Of a stretch of DNA of 64,000 bases, positions 10,031 through 20,643 are shown piece after piece. The notes beneath the pieces are model-generated. The model was not told the origin of the DNA. It saw only the letters and a list, made by a program, of their open reading frames with translations, and made no database searches. Origin of the DNA: an uncultured beta proteobacterium (GTDB lineage Bacteria; Pseudomonadota; Gammaproteobacteria; Burkholderiales; Gallionellaceae); contig CAVSAB010000007.1 in the NCBI GenBank assembly GCA_963725835.1, positions 25,910 through 89,909 of the forward strand. Reading direction: 5' to 3'. Positions within the stretch are counted from its first letter, which is position 1; each line of letters begins with the position of its first letter. The position numbers and the translations under genes are program-made.

Positions 10031-10231
10031 GGGTGCCCCTAAAAATTCAAATTTCTGATGGAACAACTAGCCATTCCACTAGGCCCCCAAAAGACGGTAG
10101 CCAAGTGGCTGGTTATAAGCCAGACGCGGCGCGCGCGAAAAATCGCAGCGCCGCATAGGCGGATCTATGTAAGCAAGATTTTTTGCGCGCAACAAAGTAT
10201 GGCAACAAAATGTGGATTTTGAGAGGTACCC
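10031..10231. mobile_element. 201-bp MITE between cysD and cysN
   Basis: TIRs GGGTGCCCCTAAAAATTCA / TGGATTTTGAGAGGTACCC, AT on both flanks, internal hairpin GCGCGCGAAAAATC...GATTTTTTGCGCGC. Confidence 0.75.
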
Positions 10232-10232
10232 A

Positions 10233-11139
10233 TCAGAAGTAGCCTTCTTTCTTGCGCAGTTCCATCGAGGCATTCGGAAGTCTGGTCATCCATGCGCGTC
10301 GCGCCGCGCTCGGTGATGCGCGTGATCGCGGTTTCCTCAATGATCTCCAATGCGTTCCTCGCGCTGGATTCCACCGGGCAGGTGCAGGTGATATCGCCGA
10401 CGGTGCGGAAGCGCACGGTCTTCCTGACCACCTTCTCGCCCGGTTGAGGCTGCACCAGTTCGCTCACCGGCATGATGCCGCCGGGGCGCTGGATCACGTC
10501 GCGCTCGTGCGCGAAATAGATATCGGGTATCTCCAGCTTCTCGCGCTCTATGTATTGCCAGATATCCATCTCGGTCCAGTTGCTGATCGGGAACACGCGG
10601 ATGTTTTCGCCGGGATGCACGCGCGTGTTGTAGATGTCCCACAGTTCGGGGCGCTGGTTCTTCGGGTCCCACTGGCCGAACTCGTCGCGGAACGAGAAGA
10701 TGCGCTCCTTGGCGCGCGACTTTTCCTCGTCGCGGCGCGCGCCGCCCATGCAGGCATCGAAGCCGAATTCGGCGATGGTCTCCAGCAATGTCACCGACTG
10801 GAACACGTTGCGGCTTTGCAGCGCGCTTTTCAGCACGACCGTGCCTTTTTTGATGGAGTCTTCCAGCGAGCGCACGATCAGCCGTTCGCCCAGCTCGGCG
10901 GCGCGCTTGTCGCGGAACGCGATCACCTCGGGGAAGTTGTGCTCGGTGTCGATATGCACCAGCGGGAACGGGAACTTCGCCGGGCGGAACGCCTTCTCCG
11001 CGAGGCGCAGCATCACGATCGAATCCTTGCCGCCGGAAAACAGCAGCGCGGGATTTTTGCACTCTGCCGCCACCTCGCGCATGATGTGGATGGACTCGCT
11101 CTCCAGCGCGTCCAGATGGGTAAAGGTGTGTGCAGTCAT
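10233..11139 (-). CDS. cysD: Sulfate adenylyltransferase subunit 2 (frameshift near 10272)
   Basis: FSGGKDS, GGARRDEEKSRAKER, RFRTVGD; the true C-terminus SMELRKKEGYF* is in another frame. Confidence 0.96.
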
Positions 11140-11190
11140 TCTGTCTTTCTCGGCCAGTTCCATAATATTTTCCGTTTCGATGATCCTGGC

Positions 11191-11940
11191 TCAGGCCAGC
11201 TCCGCATTACTCTCGGCATGAATCTTCGCCGGAACCCCGGACCCATGCGCTATCTGTGGAGTATGGCTTGCATGCAGGCCGCACTCTTTATTCTTGGGGT
11301 CTTCCCACCACCAGCGTCCCGAGCGGATATCTTCGCCGGGCGTAACAGAGCGGGTGCACGGCGCGCAGCCCAGGCTGGGATAGAACTGGTCATGCAGCTT
11401 GTTGTACGGCACATCGCGTCGGCGGATATACGCCCACACTTCCTTGTTCGACCAATCCAGCAACGGATTGAATTTCTGCAAACCGTTGTCCGCATCGAAA
11501 GCCGAGACCTCCAGGTTGCCGCGCGTCACAGCCTGGTCGCGGCGCATCCCGGTGATCCACGCTCCCTTGCCTGACAATGCGCGGCGCAACGGCTCGACCT
11601 TGCGGATGAAGCAGCAATCTTTGCGCGCCTTGATACTTTCGTAAAAACCATTCACGCCATTCAGTGTAATGTATCTCTCCACTAATGCATGGTCCGGAAA
11701 ATATACTTTCAACTGTATGTCGTAGTGATTTTCGACATTGTGCATCAGGTCATAAGTCTCCTGCGGCAGGCGTCCGGTATCCAGGCTGAACATCGAAATG
11801 TCCAGCCGGTTTTTCGCGATCAGGTCGGTCAGCACCATGTCTTCCGCGCCCAGGCTGTTGGCGAAGCAGACCGGCGCAAAATCGCGCACCGCCTGTTGCA
11901 GCACGGCCACTACCTGATCGATCTTCTGTTGCATGCCCAT
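11191..11940 (-). CDS. cysH: Adenylyl-sulfate (APS) reductase, 4Fe-4S CysH type
   Basis: DTGRL, CCFIRKVEPL, SLGCAPCT, ECGLH. Confidence 0.93.
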   Translation of the reverse strand: MGMQQKIDQVVAVLQQAVRDFAPVCFANSLGAEDMVLTDLIAKNRLDISMFSLDTGRLPQETYDLMHNVENHYDIQLKVYFPDHALVERYITLNGVNGFYESIKARKDCCFIRKVEPLRRALSGKGAWITGMRRDQAVTRGNLEVSAFDADNGLQKFNPLLDWSNKEVWAYIRRRDVPYNKLHDQFYPSLGCAPCTRSVTPGEDIRSGRWWWEDPKNKECGLHASHTPQIAHGSGVPAKIHAESNAELA

Positions 11941-11976
11941 CTCCTGTTACCCCCGTGCACCTAATTACCCGCGCTC

Positions 11977-14016
11977 CTAAACCGTCAGGCCGGCAGCCGC
12001 CTCGGTCAGATCGAGCTGCGCATCCTGCTGCATCGCGAATGCCGCCACCTTCTTCGTCCAGCTATCCACCGCCGCGCTGATGAGCGCAAGCTCTTCGTGG
12101 CTGATCTCCACCGCTTTCGCCAGTGCAGCGGCCGCCCTCTCAAGTTCGTCGGCGATCTCACCGGGCAACAACTGCTGCAGATGGATGGCCAGCTTGTCCA
12201 GATCATCGTGGCGGGCACCGCCCAGCAATTGCGCCAAACCGGAACCGAGCAAACGCAAAATCGATTCGTTGCACTGCGCCGCTTCGTCGTACTTGCGCTG
12301 GAACACCAGCGCGTTGCGGTATTCGCGCTCGTGCGCGGCCTCGAAGAAGTTCGCGCCGATCATCACCTGCGTCGCGCCGGCGCATTCCCCGCCGCCCAGT
12401 TGCAGCACGCGGAAGTCGCTCGCTTCGCCGTAATCCTGCATCACAGTGTGCAACTCACCGGCCTTCACCTCGCCCAGATCGGCGAGCAATTGCTTGAAAT
12501 AATCCGGCTGTTGCGCGCGCACCCAGGCGAAGAAATTCGTTTCACCGCTCGCCAGATGGGCTTGCTGCACGCGGGCGATCGCCTGCTTGACGCGCGCCAC
12601 CGGCAGCGACGGGCCTTTCAGTGCCAGCTTGCCGCCGCCCATGCCATCGCCGCCAAAATACATCTGGTAATGCGGCACCAGCTTGCCGTGCATGCGCTTG
12701 CCCTCGCCGTAGATGCCGATGTCGCCGGTCTCCGGCTGCGCGCAGCCGTTATGGCAGCCCGACACGCGGATGCGCAGATCGGCCTTGCCGCCGCTCAGCA
12801 TCGGCGCAACCACGGTGCTGGCGGTGATGCCCAGACGGCAGGTCGACGTACCCGGGCAGGCCACCACGTTGTCGCCGCTGACCGGCTCACGCAGGTGGAG
12901 CTCTGCGAGACCGCTGCGCAGCTGCTCTATTTCGTTTTCCGGCACGTTGAGGATGATCAGGTTCTGGTCCTGCGTGGTATGCACCTCATCCAGACCATGC
13001 GCGCGCAGCAGCGCGGCGATACCATGCAATTGCAGCGGCGTGACGTCGCCGATCGGCAGCGCGACAGGCAGCACAAATAACCCCTGTTGACGCTGCGCAA
13101 ACAACTTGCGCGGCGCGCCCGATCCCGGCACCTGTTGCCCGGTCTGCTCTTGCCATTCGCCCTTGGGATAAGGCTGGCCGGCGAGGGCCTGTCTGGTGCG
13201 TTCGAACTCCTCGCGATATTTTTCCAGGAAGCCGTCGGCGCCGAAACGCTCGACCAGGAACTTGATGCGCGACTTGGCGCGCTTGGTGCGGTCCGAATAT
13301 TTGTTATGCAAGGTCACCAGCGCCTCCAGCGAGAACAGCAGCTCGCGCTCGGGGATGAATTCCTCGACCACGATGGACTCGCGCGGCTTGTGCCCCAGAC
13401 CGCCGCCGGCCTTGACCATGAAACCGTGCTGGCCGTCTTTTTTGACCGCGACCACACCCGCATCGTGCAGCAGCGACTGGGCGCAATCCGACTCGCACGC
13501 GGAGAAACTGATCTTGAATTTGCGCGGCATCTGCTGGTTCAGCGGGTTGCGCAAAAAATGCTGCGTCGCTCCGTCGATATGCGCCGCAACGTCCACATGC
13601 TGCTTGGGGCACACGCCGGACAACGCGCACGCCGACATGTTGCGCACCGTGTTGCCGCATGCTTCGCGCGTGGTCATGTTGACCTTTGCCAGACGGCGCA
13701 TCGCGCTGGGCATCTTCGCCAGCGGAATGAAGTGCACTTGGATCGACTGGCGCGTGGTCAGATGCGCGATGCCGCGCTGCGAAAAGGTTTCCGTCACATC
13801 GGCGATCGCATCCAGCTGGTCCGCGTTCAAGCGCCCGCCGGGAATCTTGATGCGCAGCATGTTCACGCCGTCCTGGCGCTGGCCATATACGCCCTGCTGC
13901 AGCCGCACAGCGGTGAAGCGATCGGGGTCGATGCGTCCCTCGATGAAAGTCTGGATCGCCTGTTCAAGTCGGTCTATCTCTTCCAGATCGGATAAATCCT
14001 GTGTGTTGATACTCAT
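11977..14016 (-). CDS. cysI: Siroheme/4Fe-4S sulfite (nitrite) reductase with C-terminal extension
   Basis: GVYGQRQ, HLTTRQSIQ, PRKFK, ACPGTSTC, SGCHNGC; located in the cys operon. Confidence 0.88.
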   Translation of the reverse strand: MSINTQDLSDLEEIDRLEQAIQTFIEGRIDPDRFTAVRLQQGVYGQRQDGVNMLRIKIPGGRLNADQLDAIADVTETFSQRGIAHLTTRQSIQVHFIPLAKMPSAMRRLAKVNMTTREACGNTVRNMSACALSGVCPKQHVDVAAHIDGATQHFLRNPLNQQMPRKFKISFSACESDCAQSLLHDAGVVAVKKDGQHGFMVKAGGGLGHKPRESIVVEEFIPERELLFSLEALVTLHNKYSDRTKRAKSRIKFLVERFGADGFLEKYREEFERTRQALAGQPYPKGEWQEQTGQQVPGSGAPRKLFAQRQQGLFVLPVALPIGDVTPLQLHGIAALLRAHGLDEVHTTQDQNLIILNVPENEIEQLRSGLAELHLREPVSGDNVVACPGTSTCRLGITASTVVAPMLSGGKADLRIRVSGCHNGCAQPETGDIGIYGEGKRMHGKLVPHYQMYFGGDGMGGGKLALKGPSLPVARVKQAIARVQQAHLASGETNFFAWVRAQQPDYFKQLLADLGEVKAGELHTVMQDYGEASDFRVLQLGGGECAGATQVMIGANFFEAAHEREYRNALVFQRKYDEAAQCNESILRLLGSGLAQLLGGARHDDLDKLAIHLQQLLPGEIADELERAAAALAKAVEISHEELALISAAVDSWTKKVAAFAMQQDAQLDLTEAAAGLTV

Positions 14017-14037
14017 TGCATTTCTCCTTACTAAACG

Positions 14038-14152
14038 AAGGAATCTCTGATCAAATCCGGTCCTGTCATTCCGGTGGAGACCGGAATCCAGTATTTTTTA
14101 TTAACTGGACACCGGCCTTCGCCGGTGTGACCGACTTCATCAAAGATCCCCT
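14038..14152. mobile_element. 115-bp MITE carrying a REP/dRS3-like double hairpin
   Basis: TIRs AAGGAATCTCTGATCAAATC / GACTTCATCAAAGATCCCCT (15/20); inside GTCATTCCGGTGGAGACCGGAATCCAG...CTGGACACCGGCCTTCGCCGGTGTGAC. Confidence 0.75.
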
Positions 14153-14193
14153 AATACAAAACCATTCCAGCTTTTTACAAAGCCATTCCCGTC

Positions 14194-14982
14194 CTACAAC
14201 GCCATCTTGGCCCCGATGATCAGCAGCATCGTCGCCAGCACCGGGCGCAATACTGCTTCCGGCACCTTCGCGCTCAGATGGCTGCCGATATAGATCCCGG
14301 GCAGCGAGCCGAGCAGCAGACTGCCCAGCAGCACGATGTCCACCGTGCCCAAGGCCAGATGTCCCATACCGGCCACTGCGGTCAGCGGCACCGCATGCAC
14401 GATGTCCGTGCCCACCACTTTCGCCGCCGGCATGCGCGGATACAGGAACAACAGCGCGACCGTGCCCAGCACACCCGCGCCCACCGAGGAGATCGTCACC
14501 AGCGTCCCGACGATGATGCCGGTGGCTATCGTCGCGGCGGGCAGATGACGGCCAAGCAGATAACGACGATCCAACACCGTGTCATACCTGCGCTGCGCGA
14601 ATTTCTTGATCCGGCCTTTCAACAACAGCGCGCTCGCCGTCAGCAACAGCGCCACGCTTAACACTCCGGTTACCAAGCCGCGCAAGGTCTTCTCATCCAG
14701 CGCCAGATATTTCAGCAGCACGATGGTGATCACCGCGGCGGGCAGGCTGCCCAGGCTGAGCAAGCCCGCCACCTTCCAGTCCACCGTGCCGCGCCGTCCA
14801 TGTACCCAGCCGCCCAGCGTCTTGGTGAGCGAGGCATACAGCAGGTCGGTGCCGACCGCGGTCGCCGGGGAGACGCCGAACAGCAGCACCAGCAGCGGCG
14901 TCATCAGCGAACCGCCGCCCACGCCGGTGACGCCGACGATCAGCCCGACCAGAAAGCCCGATAATGTGTAGATGCCGTCCAT
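14194..14982 (-). CDS. TauE/SafE family sulfite exporter-like permease
   Basis: GVTGVGGGSLMTP, AVGTDL, VVGTDIVHAVPL. Confidence 0.92.
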   Translation of the reverse strand: MDGIYTLSGFLVGLIVGVTGVGGGSLMTPLLVLLFGVSPATAVGTDLLYASLTKTLGGWVHGRRGTVDWKVAGLLSLGSLPAAVITIVLLKYLALDEKTLRGLVTGVLSVALLLTASALLLKGRIKKFAQRRYDTVLDRRYLLGRHLPAATIATGIIVGTLVTISSVGAGVLGTVALLFLYPRMPAAKVVGTDIVHAVPLTAVAGMGHLALGTVDIVLLGSLLLGSLPGIYIGSHLSAKVPEAVLRPVLATMLLIIGAKMAL

Positions 14983-15091
14983 GAATAGCTGCTCTTTCCA
15001 ATTTACGGGCGCATTCTAGGTGGCAGGCCTTATATCCCAAAATACTTTTATGTTAGTATCTTATAGCTTATTAATATAAGGAAAAGGCGAT

Positions 15092-16028
15092 ATGAATTTG
15101 CAACAACTCAGATTCCTCAACGAAATCGTCAATCAGAGATTGAACATCTCCGATGCCGCCGGCGCGCTGTACACCTCGCAGCCGGGTGTCAGCAAGCAGA
15201 TCAAACTGCTGGAAGAGGAACTGGGCATCGAGATCTTCGTGCGCAACGGCAAGCGCATCGTCGCGATCACCGAACCGGGCAAGGCCGTGCTGGAGATCGC
15301 CCGGCGCATGCTGCACGATGCCGGCAACCTCAAGCAGGTCGCCGAGGAATTCCACTCGCAGCACAGCGGCAGCCTGACCATCGCCACCACGCACACGCAG
15401 GCGCGCTATGCCCTGCCGCCGACGGTCAAGCAATTCATCAAGCGCTATCCCGGCGTGAAGCTGGGCCTGCACCAAGGCAGCCCGACGCAGATCGCCGAAC
15501 AGGTGCTTGAGCGGCGAGGCCGACATCGGCATCGCCACCGAAAGCCTGGCGCTGTATGACGACCTCGTCACGCTGCCCTGCTACGAATGGAACCATTGCG
15601 TGATCGCGCCGCTGAAGCATCCGCTACTGGCAGAGAAGAAACTGACGCTGGCGAAGATCGCGCAATACCCGATCATCACCTACGATTTCGCGTTCGCCGG
15701 ACGCAGCAAGATCAACGCCGCGTTCGAGGCGGCGAACCTCCAGCCGAACATCGCGCTGACCGCGATCGATGCGGACGTGATCAAGACTTACGTGGAATTG
15801 GGGTTGGGCATCGGCATTCTGGCGCAGATGGCCTTCATCCCGGAGCGCGACAAACAATTGCGCATGATGGACGCCGGGCACCTGTTCAAGCCCAGCACCA
15901 CGCGCATCGCGATACGCCAGAACGAATACCTGCGCGGCTATACTTACGACTTCATCGAACTGTTCGCCCCGCACCTGACCCGCGCGGTGGTGGCCAAGGC
16001 GATGCATGTTGCACCGCTGGCGGAATAA
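15092..16028 (+). CDS. cysB: LysR regulator CysB (frameshift near 15508)
   Basis: LYTSQPGVSKQI, IATTHTQARYALP, GEADIGIATE, DADVIKTYVELGLG; divergent from the cys operon. Confidence 0.95.
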
Positions 16029-16136
16029 GTCGCCGGAGGAGCCAAAATGAAATGCATCATTTCAAGTTCTGGCCCCGATCATCCTGCTGATTATCAGTAT
16101 TGGCAGGTGTAACATATCGCGCTACAATCCGTTTCC

Positions 16137-16415
16137 ATGATCAAGAGCTTTGCGCACAAAGGGATCAAAGCCTTTTTCGAGACCGGCACGAAAGCAGGTA
16201 TCCAGGCTGCCCATGCACCACGCCTGCGCTTGCAACTGGCCGCATTGAACCGCGCAAAAGCGCCTGCCGACATGGCAGTGCCAAACTGGAAACTGCACCC
16301 GCTGAAAGGCAATCTGGCAGGGCATTGGGCAGTTACGGTAAATGGAAACTGGCGCATCACCTTCCGCTTTGAAAACGGCGATGCGTTGCTGGTGGACTAT
16401 CAGGACTATCACTGA
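16137..16415 (+). CDS. higB: HigB (RelE/ParE family) toxin
   Basis: MIKSFAHKG...LHPLKG...VNGNWRITFRF...DYQDYH. Confidence 0.93.
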   Translation: MIKSFAHKGIKAFFETGTKAGIQAAHAPRLRLQLAALNRAKAPADMAVPNWKLHPLKGNLAGHWAVTVNGNWRITFRFENGDALLVDYQDYH

Positions 16416-16427
16416 GAGGTAAATGAA

Positions 16428-16709
16428 ATGGCAACCATGCACAACCCCCCGCACCCCGGCGAAATCCTGCGCGAATGGCTGGGCGACATGAGCGTGACCG
16501 ACGCGGCGCAGCATCTGGGCGTAGCCCGCGCCACGCTCTCCCGCGTGCTGAATGGCTCTTCCGGCATATCGGCGGACATGGCCTTGCGCTTGCACGCCGC
16601 ACTGGGAACCAGCCCGGAAATGTGGATGGGGCTGCAGGATGATTACGAACTGTGGCAAGCATCGAAGGGCAAGCGCCCGCGCGTTACACCTTTTCCCTTG
16701 GCCGCTTAA
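16428..16709 (+). CDS. higA: HigA antitoxin
   Basis: PPHPGEIL, HTH, ISADMALRL, WMGLQDDYEL. Confidence 0.93.
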   Translation: MATMHNPPHPGEILREWLGDMSVTDAAQHLGVARATLSRVLNGSSGISADMALRLHAALGTSPEMWMGLQDDYELWQASKGKRPRVTPFPLAA

Positions 16710-16771
16710 TTGGGCGATTTGCGGGTCTTTTTGAAAACCATTCGATGTGACCCATTTAATTTAGGAATAGA

Positions 16772-17413
16772 TCATCGGGTTTTGGGCAAGCGATCCATCA
16801 TGCGGTCATGCCAGCGCGTCAATAATACCAATGCGGTAATCGCGCCGATGAACGCGAAGAACATGTCGGACTGGGTATCCCAGGGATCGCCCTGCGTGCC
16901 GAGGAATTCGTCCGCGCCCTGCCCCATCGCCAGCGCCGACCACCACTCGATCAACTCGTACCACGCGCTGATCGCCATCACCACGCACACAGACAGGAAC
17001 GCGGCCATGCGGCGGCCGGTCAGAAAACCGTTGCGCAGCAGGATCTCGCGCGTCACCAGGAACGGCACGAAGCCCTGCATGAAGTGGCCGATCTTGTCGT
17101 AGGGATTGCGGCCCAGCGAAAACGCGTGCTCGATCCAGAACCCGAGCGGCACGCGCGCATAGGTGTAATGCCCGCCCGCGATCAGCACCAGCGCATGGAC
17201 GAAGATCATCACGTACAACAGCGTGGTCAGCGGAAAGCGACGATAAGTCGCGATCATCACCGGCAGCGCAATGAAGACCGGCGCGACTTCCATGAACCAG
17301 GTGGTGCGGTCGTAGGGATGGATCGCGGAGAGCGCCAGGATCAGCAGCAGGGCCAGCATCGCGAGGATCAGGGATTTTTCACGGGACATGATGCTCCTCA
17401 TATTTTTCGGCAT
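16772..17413 (-). CDS. DUF2238 (YjdF-like) membrane protein
   Basis: GGHYTYARVP, RNPYDKIGHF, YELIEW, GTQGDPWDTQSDM. Confidence 0.9.
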   Translation of the reverse strand: MPKNMRSIMSREKSLILAMLALLLILALSAIHPYDRTTWFMEVAPVFIALPVMIATYRRFPLTTLLYVMIFVHALVLIAGGHYTYARVPLGFWIEHAFSLGRNPYDKIGHFMQGFVPFLVTREILLRNGFLTGRRMAAFLSVCVVMAISAWYELIEWWSALAMGQGADEFLGTQGDPWDTQSDMFFAFIGAITALVLLTRWHDRMMDRLPKTR

Positions 17414-17463
17414 CGCTCATGCACATTCTTTCAGCGCTTTGATTTTGCCACTTGGGCGGGTAA

Positions 17464-18016
17464 TCAGCGCGCTTTCTCCATCACGTAATCGTCCATCACA
17501 AAACCGTTGCCGATGTCGAACACCGCTTCCTCGCGCACGGTGAAGCCGGCCTTGCGATAAAAGGCGACGGCAATATCGTTGCGCTTGTTGACTTGCAGCA
17601 CCAGCCTGCTGCATCCGCGCATCTTGGCCTGCTCCTCGACATGGCGCAGCATCAACCTGCCCAAACCCTGCCCATGCAATTCCGGCAGCAGATAGAGCTG
17701 TTCGAGTTTCATCTCACCGGGTTTCATCTCAGCGGAATCTTCCGTCAATGCATAGCTGCAATAGCCAATCGCTTCGTTCCCATCCGGGCTATCTGTGCGC
17801 AACAGCATCAGCCAGCGGTCATCGGCATCCAGATACAAGCGCAACTTCTCCGGCGTATAGCGCCCGGCCAGCATGTAGTCGATCTGCTCGTTGCCGATGA
17901 TCTTGGTGTAATGCGCGCGCCAGATCGTCTCGGCCAGCCGAGCGAGGGTCTCGAAATCGGCGGCGGTCAGCGCTTCGAGGCGGGACGTGAGTGGAAACTG
18001 TTCGTGGCTGGCTCAT
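17464..18016 (-). CDS. GNAT N-acetyltransferase (5' frameshift near 17985)
   Basis: IWRAHY..IIGNEQIDYML, LYLLPELHGQGLG, LQVNKRN, FYRKAGF, MDDYVM. Confidence 0.85.
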
Positions 18017-18098
18017 TAATCAGTCAAGTATAAGTCAAGTTATGCGTCAAGCCGGGCGAGGGCCCCGAAATCGGCGGCGGTCAGCGCGTCGAGGCGGG
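17937..18098. repeat. Imperfect 48-bp direct repeat (17937-17984 / 18051-18098)
   Basis: 44/48 identity; duplicates the 5' coding part of the GNAT gene. Confidence 0.85.
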
Positions 18099-18148
18099 CG
18101 TTGATAGAATGCTATTGGAGTCTAGACCATTTAATTTGTGAAGCTGAG

Positions 18149-20624
18149 TCAAGCAAATACCGCCACCATTTCCGCAATAACTGCTACTTCATCACTGCTT
18201 TCCACCTCAAGCACAATAGGTTTGTAGCTCGGATCAGTTGAAGTATGGATTGAGTGTTATTCGGCTGTGCCGCCAACCACCATCATCACTAGCCACTTTC
18301 TCACTCTGGTAAATCTTGATGGTGTAATGACCACCAGTATCTGGGTCGTCAATACTGCGGTGTTGCACCAAGACAATCTTTCCCTTGCCTTGTGCCTACT
18401 GGATTTAGGTTAAAAAGGCACCACGAGCCGTTTGGTATACGCTTATTCATGGATTCACCGACCACTCTGGCGACAAACTGCCCTGAGTGAATTCGGAAGC
18501 TATCTGGCAGTTCCACCCATTGATATTGATCGAATATTGGCTATCGCCAACCAGCGGCACTTCATTTACCAATTGCATCTCGCTGAACAGACCGGCAGCT
18601 ATGGCAAGGTCATAAATAGGTACAGCATTTATATAGGGTTTGACTTCACTTGTATTAAGCAACCTGAGCGTTAGCCCTTCATATCGATTGTCGTTACTTG
18701 CTTGATCAATCTCAATTGCTTGTTGTGCAGCTACAGCAGTTTCTTGGTACTCCTTCGCCTCTCTGCCCATAGCCTGCTTTAAACCAGGCATTGGTTTCTT
18801 CATCTGTGCAATAGATGTAACAGCCTTTCATGCCACGGGTCATAAGAGTACGGTAGGTATTCTTAATGATCGCATCGGCCTTTTGTTTGGCGGCACTTGG
18901 GTTTTCCCTGAGCAGCGATTTGTAGCCTTTAATAGATGCATCTGTTCTTGCCCGCTTGCCTGCATCAGTTACTGCTACACCATCACGAATAACAAAATCC
19001 GGGCCGATGATTACGCCGATGTAATCAGTTTCAAGCCCTTGACAGGTATGGATACATCCGACTTCGTTAACCGAGTCGGGTTTGAGTATCCATAGGTTGC
19101 CGTCACTGGCGAGATTCCATTTCATGGCGAAGCCGTGTTCTTCGATGGCAATGTCTTTCAACATTGCATCGTTCTTGCTGATCCAGTTCCAACAATAGCC
19201 AGCAACAATACGTGCCTTGTTGTTGATGCGATTCTTCTCAAAGATTGCGTCTCGAAGCTCATTCGGCGAATCAAATACCCGGAAGTCATAGTTGATACCT
19301 TCCAGAGTTTCATTGGCGGTTTCTCGAACTTCCAGTGTGTTATCTATCCAGGCAAGGTAGCCATCTGAACCGTTACAACGGAACTGTGACTGCAATTCCA
19401 ATTGATGAACAGTAGCGCCGAGCCGATTGGCCCATTCTTTGATTGCGCCTGTTTCGCCTATGTCTTTAAAGGTGACTCTCTGATCTTCATCGATAAAGAA
19501 GACACTGAACTTTGCAGCATTAATGATTTCCTTGATCTGGTTTTCACCCAGATTTTGGAACATGCCGGATTTTTCATTGAGGCGGTGAGCCTCATCAACG
19601 ATGAGCGCATCAAACACGTTGGCATCTGTGTCCGTATAGACGCCAGACCCTTTGAATAAGTTATCGATGTGACTTTTTCTAAACGAGCCAGTCAGCAAGC
19701 GAGGTATAGACAGTGCGCGGCGCGGCATTTTTGGTGACATACTGTGTCAGCAGTTTGATCGTTGGTGAGCGCCACCAATAGATTTACCGCCACCACGGAC
19801 TTTCCCGTGCCAGGGCCACCCTCAACAATCAGTACGTGCTTGTCTTTGACTGTAGCCTTTTTCGCCAACGACAGAGCTGTTTCATAGACGATCTTCTGAT
19901 CGTCGATCATCAGGAATTCCTGATTGCCTTTTAATAGCGATGCGAGTTTGTCCGCAAGGCTTTTGGATGGCCGGATTCTGCCCTGATCGATCCGATACAT
20001 TACTTCACAGGAGTCACCATATTTAACGTAGCGCTTGATGAACTCGGCTAGTTTTTGTGCATCCTTGCGAAGAAATGCAGGCGCCTTACGGGTATGGTGC
20101 TCGTAGAAAGGGTGCATTAATTACTTCGTCTGATATGCAATTATGCAAATAGGCGCAGGGCTGCAAACCGATATTTTCCTGTTGCACTGTTTCGTTGAAG
20201 TCTTCCAGCAAGGCGGCATAAGTCCATGCCTGATACGAAGGATGGCTGACTTCTCGCTCCGCTCCACCAACGAATGTTCTAACAATACCATCCATGGAAG
20301 TCGCCTTGACGCTCTCCCACTGCTTAAGCTCGATAATAATGGCGGTGGATTGTTGTTCTGCGCCTTTGCCAGTAAGAATAAAATCTATGCGCTTGGTGGT
20401 TTGCGGAAGCGTATATTCAATTGCGACGCCGGAGTCAGCCGGAATCTCATCATCGGCGAGCACTTGGCTCATATACAGCATTGAGTTACGCCAAGCAGCT
20501 GATTTCGTTCTTATTTGTGGAATGACCTAAGTGGCGTTGAAATGAGGCGAGGATTTTATTGGTCGATGATGTCGGAACGAACATCGTCAAGAAACTCTGT
20601 TTTCGTGGATGTATATACGAGCAC
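18149..20624 (-). CDS. DUF2075 (Schlafen group 3-type) nuclease-helicase with C-terminal S24/LexA-like domain; multiple frameshifts
   Basis: Consecutive fragments: RIDFIL..IIELKQW, GGPGTGKS, LIVDEAH, SQFRCNG, GCIHTCQG, YRTLMTRG, then YDLAIAAG, VVGESMNKRIPNG, YTIKIY; GTG start at 20624. Confidence 0.8.
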
Positions 20625-20643
20625 TTCAATTCCCCGAAGCTCA

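Noticed and set aside
10252-14050. Long plus-strand ORFs over the cys operon (also 25792-27036 and 28032-29132)
   Set aside because: GC-rich antisense shadow ORFs with no recognisable motifs.
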